Shown here in pieces: positions 56,975 to 64,000 of a stretch of DNA of 64,000 bases. Source of the stretch: a virus (lineage: Duplodnaviria; Caudoviricetes). The notes beneath the pieces were generated by a model that saw only the letters and a list, made by a program, of their open reading frames with translations, searched no databases and was not told the origin of the DNA. The translations under genes and the position numbers were made by a program. Location of the stretch: the IMG/VR virus record IMGVR_UViG_3300021959_007005, one strand, 5' to 3'. The stretch's first letter is position 1, and each line of letters opens with the position of its first letter.

Positions 56975-57274
56975 ATGACAAATTATGTACACCGAAATAA
57001 TGACGCACGAGCTTGTGGTGCTAGAACAGTAGCTACAAGTCCAAATGTTAGAGTAAATTACGAGCCAATAAGCACACAAGGTAACCCTAATACCCATGGT
57101 GGCGGTGCATTAAAAGCCACGGAAACATTAGGAAAAGTTAGGGCAAATAACATTTCAGTTATAATCCTTAATGATCCAGCTAGTCCAGACTCATTATGTC
57201 CGACGGCTGGCGGCGCTCATTGTGGACCAAAAGCATCTAGCGCAAGTCCAAATGTTAGAGCAGGGAGTGGTTAA
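56975..57274 (+). CDS. PAAR-like spike tip protein (T4 gp5.4-like)
   Basis: HRNND.R.CGA..V.VN..H..; C/H zinc ligands; TAAATA at 56964. Confidence 0.8.
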   Translation: MTNYVHRNNDARACGARTVATSPNVRVNYEPISTQGNPNTHGGGALKATETLGKVRANNISVIILNDPASPDSLCPTAGGAHCGPKASSASPNVRAGSG

Positions 57275-59805
57275 TGGCATTAACAGATTTTACAAGTGGT
57301 TTACAAAGTGCTAGTGATTACCTCGATACTCGGCACCATTTAAGTGGAACAACTGCACTAGGAAGTGATGCACTTCGTGTAGTGGCAAATGCTGAATACA
57401 GTTTTTCTCTCAGAGAAATTTTGTGTGGAGTACTAGGCGGTAATGGCTTAAAAATGCCTAACTTGCAAATATGCATGAGTAGTAATATTAATGCATTATT
57501 AAACATACCAGGAATACAATCTGAATTATTCGACGCACTTAGTAATCTTGATTCGTCAATGAATAATTTTATGGAGCATACTAAACTTGATAGTGTGTTA
57601 GGAAGACTTAACGGTATATTAGCAGAAGCACAACAGGTCGCAAATTTAATTAATTTCTGTAGCGCACCAGTTGATCCAATTGCTATACCAAATATGTTAG
57701 AACGTGCATTTGGTAGTTTTCTTGGTGCTGGTAAATCAATTATTGACGATATTGGTTCTATTGCTCCTGAAAACGTGTGTGCATGTTTAAGTCTTGATGG
57801 TGGATTTAACGCCAATGTATTCAATGGCGGCGTACTAGGACGTATTGCAAACAATATTAACGATATTACTAGTGGAAATTTACTGCAAAGTGAACTAGAT
57901 GCAATCACAAATGATATTTCTAGTATTGGAGACGCAGTATCAGGTTTACTAGCATTTGAAAATAATATTAGCGGAAGTTATTCTAGTGGCGGAAGTCAAT
58001 TTGCCACACCAGACGGATCGTGTAATAGTGAAGTAGGTGTATTACATAATCCAACCAGTGGCAATATTGCAGATAATGCAAGACTTACGAGTAGTTTAAA
58101 GAGCTTATATGACAGAATGGCTGGATATCCAGTACAATATAGTTTAGGAGCAAGTACAGGCGGCAGCGGTACTGGACACCAATTTGATTCAAATGGTAAA
58201 CGTATTTTATCTGGTGATGTAGTTGAATATCCTAATATATTCCATTTATTACTTGATCCGGAAATGATTGCTCTATTAGATACATTAGATGATCCCCAAC
58301 CTGAAATTAATAACCAAGTACCAGTATATGACTACTGTGGGAATATAATTGGATATACTAGCAATTTAAGTCAGCGTGACTTAGATGAAAAAAGTCAAGG
58401 CACAAATCCATCTGTGCCAAATAGCCCAGGATATCTAGCAGGAGGATTACCAACAAGTACTTCTGGTACGACATCAACAGGTGGTGATGTCACTGTTATC
58501 AATAATTTTACCAGTGGTGGTGCTACGTTATATATTGTAAGCAGTGAAGCTGGACAACTTTCTTTGTCTGTTAATACCAATGATCTTGTAGTCAGATCTG
58601 ATCAGTTAGCAACATATGTTAGATTAGATACAGCAACATTTAATACTGGAACAATGGCTGATTATCAACCTAGTACACCAATATTAAATCCGTTTGTGGC
58701 AGATTTAAATACTACAAACAATAGTGGAATTATCATTAAAGATGGAAATACTAGTCGTGCAAGAGCATTAGAAGGCCAAGCTGGACAGATATCTATTGCC
58801 AACCCAACAGGACAAGGTGGTAATATAAAAGTTGAGATAGCTGAAAATGCAAGGATGCCAGGAACAGAAGCTATAAAAATACCAACTGGTTCAACAAGTC
58901 AACGTCCTAACACTGAAATCGGTGAAATAAGATATAATACAGATAGTGATAGAATTGAAGGATATTTTGGTGATACTAATTCTTGGAAAAGTATTGCGTT
59001 ACTTCCTGATATTGTAACAGCAAGTGTTAATAACGCAAACATTGGATCTGGTACTGGTATATTTAAACAAACTGCTGGAACAGTACAACAGTTTAAAAGT
59101 CTCACACCAGATGGTGCAATTACAATTGCAGATGGTGATCAAATTACCATTGGTGATAGTATTACTGCTAGTAATCAAGGATCTGGTGCTGGCGTATTTA
59201 AACAACGTAACGGGAATGATTTACAATTTAAATCATTAACAAGTACAGATAATAGTGTAGTGATTACAAATAATGCTGATACTATTGACGTAAGTGGAGA
59301 TCCAAATGTTCTTAAAGCGACACTTACTACTACAAACAATAACGTAACTGAAGTGTTATTTAATTCAGCGTCACTTAATATACCTACTGGAAAAACATGG
59401 TTATTTAATGCGTTAGTTTTAGCAAAAAATGGGACAGAAAATCAAGGTTGGAAACTTGAAGGTATGGTGCAGGATAACAGTGGAGCAGCGAGTCTAATTG
59501 GCAGTGTAAGTAAAGTGTATTATCAAAGAAATACTGCAGATGCGCAACCATTGGGAGTATGGGATGCAATGCAGACATATAATACAAGTGATTTAGTAGA
59601 ATATGATCTCAATGTATATCAAGCTAACACTGCGATTACTGGTGGTGGATTATCTCCTGATCAAGCAGGATCTAATTGGCAGGTAACATATACTGGTTGG
59701 AATGCTAGTGCAGATATAAATTCATCTGCTTTTAAAATAAGAGTTAAAGGAGAAATATCAACAACTGTAAACTGGAGCATACGATTAACGTATGTTGAGG
59801 CATAA
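57274..59805 (+). CDS. Large virion structural protein (baseplate/fibre), 843 aa
   Basis: Coupled to PAAR; GEIRYNTD fibre motif; duplicated N.GSG.G.FKQ..QFKSL units. Confidence 0.6.
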   Translation: MALTDFTSGLQSASDYLDTRHHLSGTTALGSDALRVVANAEYSFSLREILCGVLGGNGLKMPNLQICMSSNINALLNIPGIQSELFDALSNLDSSMNNFMEHTKLDSVLGRLNGILAEAQQVANLINFCSAPVDPIAIPNMLERAFGSFLGAGKSIIDDIGSIAPENVCACLSLDGGFNANVFNGGVLGRIANNINDITSGNLLQSELDAITNDISSIGDAVSGLLAFENNISGSYSSGGSQFATPDGSCNSEVGVLHNPTSGNIADNARLTSSLKSLYDRMAGYPVQYSLGASTGGSGTGHQFDSNGKRILSGDVVEYPNIFHLLLDPEMIALLDTLDDPQPEINNQVPVYDYCGNIIGYTSNLSQRDLDEKSQGTNPSVPNSPGYLAGGLPTSTSGTTSTGGDVTVINNFTSGGATLYIVSSEAGQLSLSVNTNDLVVRSDQLATYVRLDTATFNTGTMADYQPSTPILNPFVADLNTTNNSGIIIKDGNTSRARALEGQAGQISIANPTGQGGNIKVEIAENARMPGTEAIKIPTGSTSQRPNTEIGEIRYNTDSDRIEGYFGDTNSWKSIALLPDIVTASVNNANIGSGTGIFKQTAGTVQQFKSLTPDGAITIADGDQITIGDSITASNQGSGAGVFKQRNGNDLQFKSLTSTDNSVVITNNADTIDVSGDPNVLKATLTTTNNNVTEVLFNSASLNIPTGKTWLFNALVLAKNGTENQGWKLEGMVQDNSGAASLIGSVSKVYYQRNTADAQPLGVWDAMQTYNTSDLVEYDLNVYQANTAITGGGLSPDQAGSNWQVTYTGWNASADINSSAFKIRVKGEISTTVNWSIRLTYVEA

Positions 59806-59927
59806 TTAATAAAAAGTAAAACTTTTTACTTGACAAGTAAGTCGTCTTACCATAAACTTTTACTATATGGTTAGACGTCATGGCACATCTAAAATAGAAT
59901 ATTTTGGCATAAAGAAAGGCAAACAAA

Positions 59928-60215
59928 ATGAGGTCCAAAGATACTGGTGACGGTAGAAAAATTATAGCAAAGGTGGAAGTTCCACTAGGAGTAGATGATA
60001 TTGCAATATATGCATTACGTTACTTAACGGAGATGGAAGATAAAAAACCTTGCAAAACTGCTGATAGCAGTCAAAAACGTGAGATATTTAATATGGCGAA
60101 AACAGCTATACGAAATTGGGGGATAGAAGAACCCAAGATGTATATTACGAAAAACAATAAAGATTTACCGCATTTTCATGCTGTAATCAAAAATAAATTT
60201 CCGGAGTGTGATTAA
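59928..60215 (+). CDS. Hypothetical early protein
   Basis: TTGACA promoter at about 59830; GGCA-rich leader. Confidence 0.6.
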   Translation: MRSKDTGDGRKIIAKVEVPLGVDDIAIYALRYLTEMEDKKPCKTADSSQKREIFNMAKTAIRNWGIEEPKMYITKNNKDLPHFHAVIKNKFPECD

Positions 60216-60544
60216 TGGCTGATGATATTATTGACTTTAAATTTGAAAAAGCAAAGCGTAAGAGCGGAATAACTGATACAGCATTAATTAAGGATATGCT
60301 GGATAATGGTTATGATCCGTGTAATTCCATAGATGGAGTTAATTATTTTAACGAGCAGGAATTCAATGCAATGGTTCAAAATATGGAAACACCAGGAAGT
60401 ATACAAAACTGGTCTGATGAATCAATAAAACGATTGTTTAGAGATATCATGTCATCAGATCCTGAGAACATTCAAACTGAAACTGTGTCGTATACATTTG
60501 ATAGTAATGATTCTTACACATTTAATACAGACGATTATAATTAA
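60215..60544 (+). CDS. Hypothetical acidic protein
   Basis: ORF track; coupled. Confidence 0.55.
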   Translation: MADDIIDFKFEKAKRKSGITDTALIKDMLDNGYDPCNSIDGVNYFNEQEFNAMVQNMETPGSIQNWSDESIKRLFRDIMSSDPENIQTETVSYTFDSNDSYTFNTDDYN

Positions 60545-60759
60545 TGACACCAGTAGAAATGTTTGAATATAAACTAAATTGGAAACCAGGTTATAGTGTT
60601 AAATTACATAGTGACTGGGTTGACAAAGGTAAGACTTGGTGTCGAAAAAACTTAAAAAGGCATCAATGGAGTATGACACAATGGACTGACGTCTATGAGC
60701 ATACATTCCATTTTGAAGATCCAAGTGCTGGAAAAGAATTTAAAATAGATATGGCTTGA
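60544..60759 (+). CDS. Small conserved phage protein
   Basis: W..TDVYEHTFHFED motif. Confidence 0.6.
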   Translation: MTPVEMFEYKLNWKPGYSVKLHSDWVDKGKTWCRKNLKRHQWSMTQWTDVYEHTFHFEDPSAGKEFKIDMA

Positions 60760-60809
60760 CAATGTATCCTTATTCCTATACGATATTCTAGTATAACAAG
60801 GAGAGTAAC

Positions 60810-60995
60810 ATGCAAACATATGACATAGACGGCTTAACCTATATGCAAATTGTAATGCTAGAGCATATGCAAGAATTAGAAACAGCAAAAGAATGTTCAG
60901 ATTTCATTGCTAGCCTAACTCCAGCACAGCTCAAAATGGCTAAGTGTTTGCAAACACTTCTAAAGCAAATATACTCAGAAGTAGAAGAATTGTAA
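60810..60995 (+). CDS. Hypothetical protein
   Basis: AGGAG RBS and early promoter upstream. Confidence 0.55.
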   Translation: MQTYDIDGLTYMQIVMLEHMQELETAKECSDFIASLTPAQLKMAKCLQTLLKQIYSEVEEL

Positions 60996-62044
60996 TGTCT
61001 AATCAAAACATACAGCGTATCGGATTTGCATGTAAATATATGCACCCGGACCAAACACAAAAACCTAAAATACTTAAAGAAATACAATCTCAGTATACTG
61101 AGCGTAGTACAACTATTACATGGCTTAACAGACAGACACGTGAGGTAGCTGAAGAACGTCTATATGAGATTGCATTTGATAATATTGCAAACTTAGAAAG
61201 GCTAGTCAGATATGTTGGATCTTTACCACCACAATTACGTATGGTACGTATTGGTAGTAATCTTTTACCTGCTTATACTCACCATGATTGGTCTTATTTT
61301 TATAGGCAAAGAAGTCTCCAAGAAAGGCTCGAGAAAGGATACTCAGCAATCGGCACTCTTGCTCGCGAGCTTGATGTACGCCTGTCTATGCACCCTGGTC
61401 AGTTTACTGTGCTGGCAAGTGATAGTCCTGATATTGTAAATAGAAGTATAGAGGAGTTTGAATACCATGCGGATATCATCAGGTGGATGGGCTACGGTCA
61501 AAAGTGGCAAGATTTCAAATGTAACGTCCACATCTCAGGACGCCAAGGTCCAGCCGGTATCAAAGCCGTCCTTCCGAGACTCTCTCCAGAAGCAAGAAAC
61601 TGTATTACTATCGAAAACGACGAAAACGCCTGGGGTCTCGAAGCTAGCTTAGAACTAGAAAAAGATGTTGCACTAGTTGTAGATATCCATCACCATTGGG
61701 TAAACAGTGGTGGCGAATATATATCTCCTACAGATGACCGTATCAAGCGTGTACGTGACAGTTGGCGTGGTGTACGTCCTACTATGCACTACAGCGTAAG
61801 CCGTGAAGACTTATTAGTAGATCATAATGCATCCATAAAGCCAGATTATCAACAGTTGCTAGAAGCAGGATATAAGAAAGCAAAGATGCGAGCACACAGT
61901 GATTACATGTGGAATACTGCGGTTAACGATTGGGCCTTAAGTTTCTGGAACGACTTTGATATTATGGTCGAGGCTAAACACAAAAACTTAGCCAGTAATC
62001 AATTATTCAAACAATCTCAAATAAAAAGTAGTCTAGCGGCATAA
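60995..62044 (+). CDS. uvsE: UV damage endonuclease (UvsE/UvdE)
   Basis: Start re-called to 60995; RIGFAC, RLSMHPGQF, TIENDE, DIHHH, HYS, HSDY, MVEAKHK. Confidence 0.92.
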   Translation: MSNQNIQRIGFACKYMHPDQTQKPKILKEIQSQYTERSTTITWLNRQTREVAEERLYEIAFDNIANLERLVRYVGSLPPQLRMVRIGSNLLPAYTHHDWSYFYRQRSLQERLEKGYSAIGTLARELDVRLSMHPGQFTVLASDSPDIVNRSIEEFEYHADIIRWMGYGQKWQDFKCNVHISGRQGPAGIKAVLPRLSPEARNCITIENDENAWGLEASLELEKDVALVVDIHHHWVNSGGEYISPTDDRIKRVRDSWRGVRPTMHYSVSREDLLVDHNASIKPDYQQLLEAGYKKAKMRAHSDYMWNTAVNDWALSFWNDFDIMVEAKHKNLASNQLFKQSQIKSSLAA

Positions 62045-62049
62045 AACTG

Positions 62050-62078
62050 TTGACATTAACATGCTATGATGCTATAAA
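62050..62078 (+). promoter_or_regulatory. sigma70-like early promoter
   Basis: TTGACA-N17-TATAAA with an extended TG. Confidence 0.7.
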
Positions 62079-62109
62079 TTAAGAGTAAGTTAACACAGAG
62101 GAACATAAA

Positions 62110-62493
62110 ATGGCTTTTGCAAACACTGGTTGGAACCCAAAAAATGCATCATGGGGATGCACTACTGAAACCAAACAACTAGCAGAAGGTCTTACTTCTC
62201 TTAGTACTTGGCCATCGGCTGGCGAAGTTGAAGATAAGAAAAATAATCCTGCTATGGAAAAGTTTCGTAAAGCACAAAATGTTGTCTATGATATCTTTAA
62301 CAATGGGTTAGGCAATCGTGCTTATCAATGCAGACATGCATTAGATGGACTTACCAAAGCAGAACTTGCGTTTGCAACATATATTAATGGTCGGTTTTGT
62401 TATCCTGCAAATTGGGACCAGATTGAAGAAAAAGTTGAAGAAAAGTTTACGCCAATTGTAATGGCAGCGGCCCGGGAACAGGGTCTAATATAA
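62110..62493 (+). CDS. Hypothetical early protein
   Basis: GAGG RBS; N.VYDIFNNGLGN motif. Confidence 0.65.
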   Translation: MAFANTGWNPKNASWGCTTETKQLAEGLTSLSTWPSAGEVEDKKNNPAMEKFRKAQNVVYDIFNNGLGNRAYQCRHALDGLTKAELAFATYINGRFCYPANWDQIEEKVEEKFTPIVMAAAREQGLI

Positions 62494-62559
62494 AATAATT
62501 TTGGGAGGCAAAATTACCACCTGGGCAATAATGCCCCGCTCAACATAAAGGAGATCCCA

Positions 62560-62811
62560 ATGAGTGAAAAAACTGAAACTGTTGTTGAAGCAACAAAAAT
62601 TGTAGGCAAATTTGCATTTATATTTGTTGTATTAATGGCTAGCATCACTGCTTTTACATGGCTATATAAACAATATGGCGTAGAAGGAACACTAGCAGAA
62701 ATGTATGGAATTGGCACATTTGCAGTACCATTTTTTGTATACATGATTGCAAGTATGGTGTGGGGCGAAGCCAAACACCGTGTTTGGATGCGTAACAACA
62801 ACATAGAATAA
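62560..62811 (+). CDS. Two-TM membrane protein
   Basis: AAGGAG RBS; two hydrophobic helices. Confidence 0.6.
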   Translation: MSEKTETVVEATKIVGKFAFIFVVLMASITAFTWLYKQYGVEGTLAEMYGIGTFAVPFFVYMIASMVWGEAKHRVWMRNNNIE

Positions 62812-62974
62812 ACTATAAAAGGATGCAGTAAAATGCATCCTTTTTAAAGGAGAAGGAAATGAACAATTTACCAGATTATATTGCGGCACGATTTGCCCAA
62901 GTCGCGATTATTGTAATATTTTTAATGGGCATGATTGGTTTAGGTATTGAACTTTATACAGGGAGTCTTCCACT

Positions 62975-63184
62975 ATGAGCGTAGAAAATTTTATTGCAGA
63001 TGAAGTGTCTAAGATTAATGCTACATCCAAACAAGGAGAGCAAGCCGAGATGGTACAACTTGACATGAATGTGTGGGCAAAACAAAATGGTTATGAAGAC
63101 CGTACAAGTGCAATTTCTGTATATGCACAACAACGAGGTTGGTTACAGAAAAATATTAATGGAATGGAAATTGTGAATCTGTAA
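62975..63184 (+). CDS. Hypothetical protein
   Basis: ORF track. Confidence 0.5.
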   Translation: MSVENFIADEVSKINATSKQGEQAEMVQLDMNVWAKQNGYEDRTSAISVYAQQRGWLQKNINGMEIVNL

Positions 63185-63187
63185 AGA

Positions 63188-63226
63188 TTGACTAATCGTA
63201 TATAATCGTATATAATCGTATATAAT
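63188..63226 (+). promoter_or_regulatory. sigma70 promoter overlaid by a 3.4-copy 10-bp tandem repeat
   Basis: TTGACT at 63188, (TAATCGTATA)x3 from 63193, TATAAT at 63211 (17-bp spacer). Confidence 0.75.
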
Positions 63227-63245
63227 TTAGTTGTAAAGGTAGACT

Positions 63246-63437
63246 ATGGGATTTAATAATAAAGAAGATATTACTGAATGGGCAATGGTGCAAATAAACA
63301 AATATGGTATCAGACATCCTGATACATTTACTGAAAATGAGATTGCATATGCATGTCCAGAAATTCCAGTGCAAGTTATTAAAAATCACGTACATCAACG
63401 TGATATAGAAGAATATGAAATGGATGACGGGTCATAA
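63246..63437 (+). CDS. Hypothetical protein
   Basis: ORF track; downstream of the promoter. Confidence 0.55.
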   Translation: MGFNNKEDITEWAMVQINKYGIRHPDTFTENEIAYACPEIPVQVIKNHVHQRDIEEYEMDDGS

Positions 63438-63461
63438 CCCTCCAGAAAGATACGGCAATAA

Positions 63462-63701
63462 ATGACATACGAGATTGAAACTATTTTTTATAACAACTTA
63501 GGAGGAATTCGTACGAAGGAATGTGAGTTGTTTGATACTAAACAAAAAGCTATCAAGCATATGCATTATAAAGCATCTAAACGAGAACACCTAAAAAAAC
63601 AAGGTGCAGTTAAAGAGGGATGCATAAAATTTGTAGATGAACGAGGTGTCGTTAGAGAGGAAATTAAAATAGGTACTTTGTTATCTACACGTGAAACTTA
63701 A
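63462..63701 (+). CDS. Hypothetical protein
   Basis: ORF track. Confidence 0.5.
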   Translation: MTYEIETIFYNNLGGIRTKECELFDTKQKAIKHMHYKASKREHLKKQGAVKEGCIKFVDERGVVREEIKIGTLLSTRET

Positions 63702-63728
63702 TCATAATTATTACGAGGCAGAGTAAAA

Positions 63729-64000
63729 ATGAAGGCAGTTTTAATAGTAGTATCAATTGGGCTATTGTGGGCACAAGAATCGTTCGCAGAAACGATTACC
63801 CGTCCAAAGTCAAAAATACATCCAACTGTTGTTTTTGATCCAATAACATATCCTGAAGAACACTGTTTAGCTCTTAATGTATATTACGAAGCAAGAAGCA
63901 GTAATTTAGCAGATAAGTATGCAGTATCAGATGTTGTTCTTAATCGGGTATTAGATAGCAGATATCCAAACACTGTATGTGAAGTAATTAAGCAAGGGCC
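63729..64000 (+). CDS. Cell wall hydrolase, SleB/Hydrolase_2 family (partial, runs off the window end)
   Basis: Read manually: signal peptide, then CLALNVYYEARS..AV.DVVLNRV..YPNTVCEVIKQG. Confidence 0.9.
   Translation, partial: MKAVLIVVSIGLLWAQESFAETITRPKSKIHPTVVFDPITYPEEHCLALNVYYEARSSNLADKYAVSDVVLNRVLDSRYPNTVCEVIKQG

Noticed and set aside
1-64000. Prophage or bacterial chromosome origin
   Set aside because: No integrase, rRNA or housekeeping operons; host-like genes are isolated within phage operons under phage promoters.

Overview
The window is a 64 kb, AT-rich, gene-dense segment of a large lytic myovirus (contractile tail) with T4-like core genes. Gene order (sheath, tube, head completion, terminase, SSB, UvsX/UvsY, UvsW, clamp-loader subunit, mini DnaE, primase, helicase) resembles, from recall, the RaK2/GAP32/Atu_ph07-type jumbo phages. 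It is not a bacterial chromosome. It encodes virion genes, replication/recombination genes, class Ia RNR, six tRNAs, and host-derived genes: a stand-alone B12-binding corrinoid protein, RpiB, UvsE, a GmhB-type HAD phosphatase, DUF454 and two 2OG-Fe(II) oxygenases. The corrinoid protein resembles Rhodobacteraceae proteins, suggesting a marine alphaproteobacterial host (inference). Two promoter classes are readable: sigma70-like TTGACA-N16/17-TATAAT (early) and T4-late-like TAAATA, often only 4-8 nt before an ATG. Most notable observations: (1) an ORF-free, multi-stem ~170 nt minus-strand RNA starting right after a late promoter, next to a Pol-beta nucleotidyltransferase and an RNA-ligase-like gene; (2) shared T4-CTS-like N-termini on many late proteins; (3) a tRNA-Ser with anticodon ACU; (4) a second structured RNA inside the tRNA array; (5) a late-promoter-driven B12-binding protein; (6) a 184-aa DnaE core; (7) a recurring GGCA leader motif. 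All calls come from reading the sequence and recalled motifs; no database searches or folding programs were run.
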